A stretch of 64,000 bases of DNA from Mizuhopecten yessoensis (lineage: Eukaryota): assembly GCF_002113885.1 (NCBI RefSeq), contig NW_018404123.1:153767-217766 (forward strand), read 5' to 3'. The notes beneath the pieces were generated by a model. It was given only the letters and a program-made list of their open reading frames with translations, did no database searches and was not told the origin of the DNA. The position numbers and the translations under genes are program-made. Shown here piece after piece: positions 40,801 to 52,800 of this stretch (position 1 is the first letter of the stretch; each line of letters opens with the position of its first letter).

Positions 40801-43800
40801 CAAATTTTCGGAGCGATCCGCTCCTTCATATACATCATATTACAAGAAGATAGAACTGATATACTATAATTGAAAATATATCTATTATATAAAACCAATA
40901 GTCCCCTCGGCTAAAGACAGCCGAAGGCAGGAATTAAGCTGAGAGCATCGCAGACAAGGAACACTGATAGTCTAAATATCAGAACGCTCGCTGGCTCTGC
41001 TCTTTAGCGAAAATGCACTAAGACGACTCGCTCAATGAAACACAACGACGACCCGCCAAATGATAACCAAAATCGGAGAAGAATCCCTCTAGAAATCTCT
41101 TCAACTACTAAATATATGTAGAGGACCTATTCTTGCGCAAGATGCACTGTCACCTAGCCTAGATACATATATGTACATGTATTTTATGTTATCAGACTGT
41201 CTCAATTTAACCTGACCAGTCACAGTGGTTATATGTAATGTGTGCATTCAACCAAAGATTACCCAGTAACATAGGTTTCCAGACTAGTACAATTATCTCT
41301 CAATTATATGTAGACAACCTACATAATACAGTAGGTCAGGACTGCCGTTTTCTGCACAGAATTCCTTCTGGGTCATTTAGTTAAGGTCTGTTATTGCTCA
41401 GAATGTACAATGGATGATTTCGTTTCACTAATGAGAGACACTGCATCTATTGTTGCTCAAATAGGGAAAATTGAAGTAATTTTACATCTAATTATATAGG
41501 GAACATAATTCCAATATTACAAAGAACCATCACAAATGCTTTTGCATGAAGTATCTTTGTGATAACAGTTAATGTTATGATTCTATGGTGTCTGACATTG
41601 AGCCCAGGAATCCAAACTTGTGAAAGGAAAAGTTTTCTATTTCATGTACTACATATATATACAATTAGTTTTGGATCTGAATCCTCACCCTTTTTATGTG
41701 CTTATTTTTATTTCAGGGATCAGAGGTGAACTCAATGTCATTGTCAAGGTCGACCTGTTCAGCGACTTCAACAAGTTTCGACAGTCTTCATGTGGAGTTC
41801 AATTTTTCAGCAGTGAGTTGTTTCCCTTGTATTTTATTTTTTTTACTTTGGATTTCATTTCTTGACTTAAAAATATCCATCATCAGGTAGAAGTTTCTCA
41901 ATTGATCAAAGATTAAAATTTGACAAGAAAACCAATGTTATAATAATAAATTATTCAGTTGATAATGGATGAGACTGTTTACACATGTATTGCTTGTAGT
42001 TCCTTTTAGACCATACAAAATACATTAAAAACTATATCTGTTGCTCTTTCACTCGCTACTTAGCATCTGGTAGGTAGACCCAAATTTTGTCTGTTGGGAT
42101 ATGTATAGAAATACCTTTTCCCATTATATCATGAAGTCTGGAGTGTTTGATAACATTATAACCTCAATGTGCCTACTGGCACATGTACAGGAACAAGTTG
42201 TTTTGGGCCTTTGAACAGTCTTAAACTATTGTTATAGCTCTTATTTATGTCATTAATATCAATTAAAAGCAGTCAGCTGTTGGAGATATACTTTTGGAAT
42301 GTTGCTAGTGTTAGCTAAAGCACAAATCAGGTATCATTGATTGCTTTGTTTGTTACAGCTGCTGAGGTACCCTGTGGATACCGACTCCAGATGATCCATG
42401 GTTTTGTGGAGGAGTTGGTTGTTAATGACGACCCCGAGTATCAGTGGATTGATAAGATACGCACACCTCGTGCATCCAATGAGGCCAGACAGAGGCTCTT
42501 CTCCAGGCTCTCAGGTTACCATAGCAACAGTTCTATGTTCTCAAATTGTGAAAGAAAACCTGTGTTACTTTTGTTTATGGTATAACAAAGGCTCATCTTT
42601 AGTTAAAGCAACTTTATCAGAGGGCAAAATTTACTTTGGTCCTAGCACGCAAATTGTTTATCAGATTGCATGATCTGTTGTAAGTTAACACATTGAACTA
42701 CTTTCAGTTGGCATTCATAGGCACTATGAATGCCAACTGAAAGCAGTTCAATACTAATATTTACCATTTTTGGAATATATTGCTCATAGGAAAATAACTT
42801 ATAAAAATTCAGCATTAAGCTCAAACTGGTGTATGTATCATATATGCTTTTTCAATGAATAGAACAGCCATCTGTCCATTGGGGATCATTGGAATCCAAA
42901 CATTACAATTATGTTGTCATAATAATAACAATTGGGTCATGGCATTCATAGCCAACATGAATGCCACCTGAACTTTGTTTTCAGTGGCGGTGCTATAGAG
43001 TGATTAATCTTCTTAAGTGTCAATCAAACTATCTAGTTTGTTGCATATTCTGATTCTCTATTTTTCTAAGCTCAGATATCGTCAACTTGTATCTCTCTCA
43101 CATTGTTTTCTAGGAGAATTGCAGAGGAAGATTGGACTGAAAGTTTTAGAGCTCAGTGGTAATTCTGTAATAGGGTAAGTAGTAGGTAAATTATTAACTG
43201 GTGTACAAACATCTCCATATCAACCACTTCTATACAGAATGAATACTGGAGGTTAAAAGTAGTAGGTAAATTATTAACTGGTGTACAAACATCTCCATAT
43301 CAACCACTTTACAGAATGAAGTCTGGAGGTTAAAAGTAGTAGGCAAATTATTAACTGGTGTACAAACATCTCCATATCAACCGCTTCTATACAGAATGAA
43401 GTCTGGAGGTTAAAAGTAGTAGGAAAATTATTAACTGGTGTACAAGTGTACAAACATCTCCATATCAACCACTTCTATACAGAATGAATACTGGAGGTTA
43501 AAAGAAGTAGGTAAATTATTAACTGGTGTACAAGTGTACGAACATCTCCATATCAACCACTTCTATACAGAAGTCTGGAGGATAAAAGTAGTAGGTAAAT
43601 TATTAACTGGTGTACAAGTGTACGAACATCTCCATATCAACCACTTCTATACAGAAGTCTGGAGGATAAAAGTAGTAGGTAAATTATTAACTGGTGTACA
43701 AGGGTACAAACATCTCCATATCAACCACTTCTATACAGAATGAATACTGGAGGTTAAAAGAAGTAGGTAAATTATTAACTGGTGTACAAGTGTACGAACA

Positions 43801-46800
43801 TCTCCATATCAACCACTTCTATACAGAAGTCTGGAGGATAAAAGTAGTAGGTAAATTATTAACTGGTGTACAACTGTACAAACATCTCCATATCAACCAC
43901 TTCTATACAGAATGAAGTCTGGAGATTAAAAGTAGTAGGTAAATTATTAACTGGTGTACAACTGTACAAACATCTCCATATCAACCACTTCTATACAGAA
44001 TGAATACTGGAGGTTAAAAGTAGTAGGTAAATTATTCACTGGTGTACAAACATCTCCATATCAACCACTTCTATACAGAATGAAGTTGGAGGTTAAAAGT
44101 AGTAAGTAAATTATTAACTGGTGTACAAGTGTACAAACATCTCCATATCAACCACTTCTATACAGAATGAAGTTGGAGGTTAAAAGTAGTAAGTAAATTA
44201 TTAACTGGTGTACAAGTGTACAAACATCTCCATATCAACTACTTCTATACAGAAGTCAGGAAGTTAAAAGTAGTAGGTAAATTATTAACTGGTGTACAAG
44301 TGTACAAACATCCCCATATCAACCACTTCTATCCAGAATGAAGTCTGGAGGTTAAAAGTAGTAGGCAAATTATTAACTGGTGTATAAACATCTCCATATC
44401 AACTACTTCTATACAGAAGTCTGGAGGTTAAAAGTAGTAGGAAAATTATTAACTGGTGTACAAACATCCCCATATCAACCACTTCTATACAGAATGAAGT
44501 CTGGAGGTTAAAAGAATAATTTAAACGGTGTGATCTCCGCAAATAAGTAATGATAATATTCTTTGATATGTATGGCTTAAGAATGTTTTATTCTGGATCA
44601 TAAACAACATTTGATAAACAAGAACATTTATGTAGAGCCCTTCTTTAGGTTAATGTTACTTATAAATGTCACAAGTACTGCTATTGGTACAGTGCCAAAA
44701 TAAGTAAAATTGAGTCCCAACACGGAAAAGGGAGAACCAACATCCTGGTTTGTTGTAGTCGGTGATAAGTGGATTGTAGTAGGAATCTGCATTAGAATTG
44801 ACTAGCACTCCATTGCTGAAACTTTTAAAAGGAATAGGAAAGATGGAGCAACAACATCTAGGTTTCTGAGTTTATTTACAGTTTACATGTTTCGGCTAGG
44901 TAGGCTAGACATCATCAGATCAACAACTTACAATATAATAATATGATTTCTGTTTTCTCTTCCATAACAACAGTATACAATATAATAATATGATTTTCTC
45001 TTTTCTCTTCCATAACAACAGTATACAATATAATAATAGAATTTTCTGTTTTCAATTCCATAACAACAGTATACAATATAATAATAGAATTTTCTGTTTT
45101 CAATTCCATAACAACAGTATACAATATAATAATAGAATTTTCTGTTTTCTCTTCCATAACAACAGTATACAATATAATTATAGAATTTTCTGTTTTCAAT
45201 TCCATAACAACAGTATACTAAATAATAATAGGATTATTACATATGATATTTGACATGTTGAAGTTTTCTGTTTGACACAGGTACACTCAGTGTTTTGATC
45301 TAGAAGGAGAGTCTGGTATTGTGGTACGGAGTATTGGTACAGCAGTTACCATCAACAGACCCGACCTTAAACCTGTGCCATCACCACTGGGAGTCTCGCC
45401 ACAGCCCAAAGAGTAAGAATTCCATTAAAGGGCGATAACTCTGATGTGTTAGTAGGGCAAATTAATGTTGTTTTTTGAAGAAATTATTTTCTAATTTATT
45501 ATTTTTTTAAATTAATTAATTTAACTATTAAAAGTGGATTTGAACTTTGTCTATAAATTGATATTTTAGCTGCATAGATAAAGATATTATTACAACTCTC
45601 CCAGTGATAAAAGTTTCCTGCCAAGCTCAATTTTTCAATTCATCTTCTTATAAGAAAAAATTGAATGGTTTCAATTTCTCTTTACCAGGTCATTTTTAAA
45701 GGTTTTTTTTCATTTAACTGTTAAAACTTCAATGTTAATGGTTAATCAATATTCAGTTATCTGGTCAGGGCTATTCCAGGTATGACTATATGAGAGGAAA
45801 AGGGGTGCGGGTGGGGGGGTCAGAAGGGTTTCACTGACCCAATCACCTGACCCACATTGTAGTTGTTTCCCTGTCCTGACTACCCGGTAAACTACATATA
45901 ATTATTGTAGACTCCATCACCATGCAATTTAGTGAAAATGCCTGACAACCACCCCACCCCCACTTCCCATTTGTTGATATCTGAAGTAGCCCAAATGATT
46001 TTATAGTTAATATTTGTGATTTAAAAATTGTTAAATTTTTCTTTCAAGCAGCATTCAATTCAAAACCCTTGCTACATGAACAATATCAATTATATAAGAT
46101 AGCACAGCTCTTACATTTAATATGCCTTACATGTACTTAATATGAAGACTTAAAATCTAATACATATATATATATATTATATTTTTCATTGGAACTTAAT
46201 TGCTAAGCATACAAGATACTTATTAAAGGTAATTGTTTGATTTTGTACCTTTATTGTAAATACTCACATGGTAGCTGGCCTGCCTCACTCGTCCCCACTG
46301 ACTCTATAATAGGCACTGTCTTTTATGTAGTTCTCTTTTCTATCTTTGCATGATTGTTCATCTTGTGCCATGAAAGATACAGTTGTCAATGAGGAAATAA
46401 ATGCAAAATATAAAGAGCTGGGGGTTTTCCCAGAAGTAATGGTCTTCATCTTGTCAAAAATATCACCAGTTAAAATAATTCTAAAGATGAAAGCTAGAAA
46501 ATGGAGGAAAAAACCCTTCATACTTAGTTTAGGTCCATTATGTTGTATAAGTGTATTTAGTTGCATCATATCACATTAAAAACGGTATTATTACTCATTC
46601 CATTAACACAATAAGGTTAGGTATGTCCTGACCACATTCAACCTTATGACCTTAACCTTCACCCACTAGGAAATAGGTTTCTTGGTCATATCTGTTACAG
46701 AGATTTGTGTAGGGAGATCATACTTGGTAAACATGTACATCATGGTCAAGTGCTGTGTCATACAGCAAAATAGGGTCAATGTAACCTCTATTTGGTGTTG

Positions 46801-49800
46801 TGTCAAATAAAACATGTTGAGTAGGCGAGTATCAAAAATCCTTGCTTCAAGTTAAATCTAGTTTCACTTGTACCTGAAAGTGTTATTTCATTATCAAAAC
46901 GTTTGAATATTCATTCTTAATGTACAAAATGTTATATACCTGAGCCATGTCTTGTGGAGAGAGTCATATCTTATGTCATGCATTGTTATTTACTATCGCG
47001 CATAAATTATACTGTATTAGCAGCACTGAGCATGGACTCATAAAAGCGAAGGAAATCTGAAATTTATATCTAGCATTGAGCATGGACATATGAAAACAAA
47101 GAAACCTGAAATATATCTAAAATGAACTACCTAAGTATGTTTTTACTTTTATATTCTATTTTGTTTTCCTCAAATTTTAACCTGTTAATATATAAATCTG
47201 TTTTTATGCTATTACACATAGTATTTTTTTTCTATTTGTTTTCTTTTCCGATTAAATGTTTAACTTTATAGAATCCTCATTCATAATTCTATAAATGTAT
47301 TACCCATTATACCATATTTAGAAGAGTTTACCATCACTGATCCACCTATAGTATACTAATGTGTACACTATATATCTGTTACATACCTGTATATATTTAT
47401 GACATACCTGTATGGATCCATGACATACCTGTCTGTATCCATGACAATATTGTGAGATGTATCCATGGTTACTAACCACCTATAGATCTGAGGTAGTGTT
47501 GTCCCCTGGGTAACGTTTGACTGGTGTTGGAAGGATTTTGGTTTGGTTTATGTTGTCACATCACACTTAGTGTTAAAGTGGTCATCTATACATGTACCAA
47601 CCATTTTCACAGATGTTCACTAAAACCCCTGTTTCTCAACCAACACATACCTGCATGAATTTTAGAGTTTCCAGGTAACTGGTGGTTGTTGTTTCTTACC
47701 TGTCTTGGTCCCTCCCCTTCAGTAGATACTGATATCAGTGTGGTGAAAATGGTTGTTAAGTATGGATGACCCTAGAAATGTCTTATCACAATACTCACTT
47801 AACACTGAACAAAAATCATATTTTGTTTACAGAATGTGTTTTATGCAATGTGTGTTATTTAATTGTATGAGTAAGTTTAACATCAGCAATGATTGCGTTA
47901 CAAAGTTTATCACCAAACAAATATTGTAATACAAAGTTTAACATCAGCAAATATATAGTTATACAATGTACGAAATTTAATATGATTTGTTGTTATATAA
48001 AGTTTAACATCAGCAAATATATAGTTATACAATGCACGAAATTTAATATGATTTGTTGTAATATAAAGTTTAACATCAACAAAAATTGTGGCACAATATT
48101 CGAATTGACAAATATTACAGCACAAAGTTTTGGAAATACCAAGGTAAAGGGTACTAACAAGTTGAACTATATTACTACCACTGTAACTATTGTAAATTAT
48201 TTGTTAATACAAAGCCTATGTTGCCATACACGAATTATACAAGTCCAGCATCAAAATCAGTGTCCAATTTATGGGCCACAAAGCATATGAAAAATTGACC
48301 AGGAATGTTACTCTTCAGCCAGAAAAATTCCTTTAGGTATCTTCTATATAAAAGCCAAGGGAGACTACTCCAAGACAACAAAACTCTTGAGTGGAACTCT
48401 TCTTCAAAATTAAAAATGATGCAGTGGTACCCTTTACCTTAACTCATTCACTCCTGAAACTCATAATGAACTATTCCAACCTTTGAACTGGAAGAGTTCA
48501 AATTTGTCTTCAGGGGTGAATGTGTTAATATGCAACAAATTGCAATATCTGAGAATGAAGTTGCTGGATGTAACAAGGAACTGTTTTGATGAGATGCACT
48601 GTGCATGCTCTATAACAAACTGTTTTTTATGTGAAGGGTTGGGATTCACATGTTTGCATTGCCTTGTTTTTCCTAGTTTTGGGGTGAAGAAAAAGCTTGA
48701 TATTAAACTTTGATATTGTTTGCAGTGCCTCATTTTCCTCTGTTTTGATTTTACCTTTAAAAGATTTACAAGGGGAATTTGATCCAGGAAACACACATTA
48801 TTTTTTCTAATGACAAAAATGTATAACGTCGGAGAATACATGAGAAATACAATATTTATTAAACGAAATCCTTTACACTAATTAGTCAATTTTGTTAGTA
48901 TAAACTGTTTAAATGAGAAAGGATGGGTATTGTTTACAATGCCTTGTTATTCTTAGTTTTGATTTTACTCTTAAAAAGATTAATACATAAGAGGGATCGA
49001 TCCAAGAAACATACAATGTCAGACACAAAAATGATAAGGTCAGAGAATGTATGAGAAATACAATATGTAAAGGAAGGATTCACCTTAATCTGTTGATGTT
49101 GTTGGTTGACGTATTTGTTTTCGGTAACTGTGTGTTTGTGGTGATCTAACACTAGTGTGTTTCTCTGTACTTTCAGTCTGCGGCATGCTGTCTACTCCTC
49201 CGTGTCCAGGTCTCTCACATTCCATCACATTGGGACGCCGCCCCTAACACCTGTCAAACAGTCACCTCTTTCATCACCCCCACCCTCAGCTCCACCCTTA
49301 TATAATGGCGGCCAGTCAGCATTTAGTTTCCATTTCAGCTCACCTGTACCAGAAGATGCTGTTGTTCCATCCTCACCTCCTTCCCAGGTGCACCAGAGCA
49401 TGACGTCCCCGGTGAAGGTGTCGCCACTACTACCACAACGCAGGCGGCGACGGTCGTCTGACTCGGACATCAGCAACACCCCACCCAAAGGTACGATGTG
49501 TCTTTTAGTCTGAAGTTTGTGGTCATATATATATATGACTGAAATCGCCTGAAGAGCCCCAAAATGGGTGAAAGCGCTTCGTGTTTTGTTTTATTTATGT
49601 ATATCCCAGTATAGAGATAGAAAGTTCAGGAGGTCAAATATAAGCTCCAAGTTTGTAGCTAAAAAGTTATTTCAGGAGATGAATTTTTTCTTACACAGCA
49701 TCTAGATTTAACAAAGTCACAGGTATGGCAGTATAAAGTCATTAAAACACATGGGTTTTGTTGTTTTATATGTGTTGCCAAAAATAGCAGAAACATATAA

Positions 49801-52800
49801 AATGAAAGTATGTATTTAATCAATCGTTTCCGTACCAGAAAACTAGTCTGATTGAGAATGAGAATGTATTTTAAAATTATTGCTTCTGTAAAAGGCAACT
49901 TAAGTTTGAATGATAGTTTTTATTGAAACTGTGGTTTAGCTACCAGGAAACCTCACATCTGACAGAATGTATAATTATCAAGACTTGTGTTTGACCAGGA
50001 AAGTCAATTTTAACAGAATGTATTGAATCTATTGTTTATAAACCCCACTACATAATTGGAGGATGTATCAAGGGTTTGCTTTTTTCTTTGTCCAGCTGTA
50101 CGTCCATCAGTAACTTATATTGGTTAGAATTTGTTCCTATCACCATCACTCTTAATACTAGACATCCAACCGTCATTAAACTTCGTGTATGGCTACATCT
50201 GAAATACTACTCCAATATTTCAAATCCAGGGTACATATGCTCTTTTAAGTTTCACTGACTCTTATTGAATCTGTTGTCTTTGTACCATGAAGTCTGACTG
50301 ACAATAGGTATTGAATCTGTTGTCTTTTTACCATGAAGTCTGACTGACAATAGGTATTGAATCTGTTATCTTTGTACCATGAAGTCTGACTGACAATAGG
50401 TATTGAATCTGTTGTCTTTTGACCAGAAGTCTGACTGACAATAGGTATTGAATCTGTTGTCTTTTTACCATGAAGTCTGACTGACAATAGGTATTGAATC
50501 TTTTGTCTTTGTACCATAAAGTCTGACTGACAATAGGTATTGAATCTGTTGTCTTTGTACCATAAAGTCTGACCGACAATAGGTATTGAATCTGTTGTCT
50601 TTGTACCATGAAGTCTGACTGACAATAGGTATTGAATCTTTTGTCTTTGTCCCATAAAGTCTGACTGACAATAGGTATTGAATCTGTTGTTTTTGTACCA
50701 TAAAGTCTGACCGACAATAGGTATTGAATCTGTTGTCTTTGTCCCATGAAGTCTGACTGACAATAGGTATTGAATCTTTTGTCTTTGTCCCATAAAGTCT
50801 GACTGACAATAGGTATTGAATCTGTTGTCTTTTTACCATGAATTCTGACTGACAATAGGTATTGAATCTGTTGCCTTTTTACCATGAAGTCTGACTGACA
50901 ATATGTACTGAATCTGTTCTCTTTGTACCATGAAGTCTGACTGACAATAGGTATTGAATCTGTTGCCTTTTTACCATGAAGTCTGACTGACAATATGTAC
51001 TGAATCTGTTGTCTTTGTACCATGAAGTCTGACTGACAATAGGTACTGAATCTGTTGTCTTTGTACCAAGAAGTCTGACTGACAATAGGTATTGAATCTG
51101 TTGTCTTTGTACCATGAAGTCTGACTGACAATATGTACTGAATCTGTTGTCTTTTTTCCAGGAAACAACAGTTTAACTGAGAGCAGTGGTAGTGGCAGTG
51201 CGTTTGGCAGTGGAGGAAAAGTCATACCCAAACTGTCAGCCCAGCAGCCCAGTATAGAGATGATGGTAGGTTTAATCCAAATTTCTGGTTGTGAGGGGAT
51301 ATTGTAATGATGCTATCTCCTCAATTGTGAGGGGATATTGTAATGATGCTATCCCCTCGATTGTGAGGGGATATTGTAATGATGTTCATCCCCTCGATTG
51401 TGAGGGGATATTGTAATGATGTTCATCAACTTGCTGTAGGTAGAGATTTGGTTTCCACTCAATGAAAAAAAATTCTATGAGCTGTTAGACTTACTTAAAC
51501 CTGATACAATGCTTCCTCATTGAAAGTGCTTCCTTGGAACGGTTTTTCAGATCCAAATGTCAAAGGTTAAGATCACTGATAAACTTTTAATTTGGTTTCC
51601 AACAATAACTCAAGTGTCCGTCAGCCGATCAAAGTTAAACTTTATACTGTGTTTTCATATCGAAAGTGCATGTGTGAATAAGCTGTTACTCTAAACACTG
51701 GTTGGGGAAATATTATTACTCCATGATCAATGCCTTGTTTTGTTTGATATAACACTCTTTTCAATCACAAGAAACATAATATGAAGATTTGATGAAATTG
51801 TAGCAAAGACAGCAATTGTAGCAGTTTGCTTTTCTTTCTATGATTTGACTAAATATGTTGTTAAAGGTGATTTGGTGATGTCTTAAAAATATTTCAAACG
51901 CATTATCAAGTATAAGGTGTTTATAAAACTGTTGGAGTCTTATTTCAAAATAATTTGAAATGGAAACTCTTTGAGGTTCTTTTATCACATTTGTCACCAG
52001 AGATATATAATTTGTATATTGAGTGAAAAAATGATAGAGAACAGATGGTCATCTGTTGTTCATAAAAAATTGGTTATGGCTATCACTATCTCTGTTTCAC
52101 TTGTGCCAGTATAGAATACGTATATGATATGGTGGTGAGGAAGCCTGTTATAAATGTACCCATTAACCAGCTGACCTTGACTTCCAGGAGTACCCGTTTT
52201 TCACAATGACATCCTTCCCTCCTGGCTTCATCGTCCACCTGGGAGGTGTGGTGTCTGCCCGCTCCGTCAAACTCCTGGACAGGATACATAACCCAGGTAA
52301 CGTCACCACACCTAACCAGAATAGCTGATTTTTAGAGATCTACATGTATAACCCTTATAAGACAATTTGATATAATTTTAAAATATTTTATCTTTGATAG
52401 TTTGATAGCTGAAAAGCTTGAAACTAATATTTGTGCAATTTGATTTACATGTTTATGCATGTATTTGTATACGCCCGTCGAATGACTGGACGCATTATGT
52501 TTTTACGCAGGCGGGCGGGCGGGCGGGGGGGTGGGTACACATTAGTTTCCGCTCAATAACTTGAGTAATTTTGAATGGATTAATTTCAAACTTGGTAGGA
52601 AGGTTTCATTGCAATAAAAGCTTGCACAAGTTCGATAACCATTATCCACCTTTTATTAAGTGAGTTATGGCCCTTTAAAGAATTGACGTAACAGTTTACG
52701 CTCAATAACTTGAGAAATTTTGAATGCATTCATTTCAAACTTCAGCCATACTTTACAGACTTAAGGCCTTTTGTAGAATTGTCGGAACACAATTTCTGCG

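Noticed and set aside
46285-46579. ORFs on both strands in C2CD5 intron 8
   Set aside because: No recognisable domain and no phase-compatible splice sites found.
50245-51231. Overlapping minus-strand ORFs of 78-267 aa
   Set aside because: They are translations of the 46-bp array. The ORFs at 1853, 15371, 15446, 17963, 43438, 43694, 44915 and 47889 are likewise repeat-derived.
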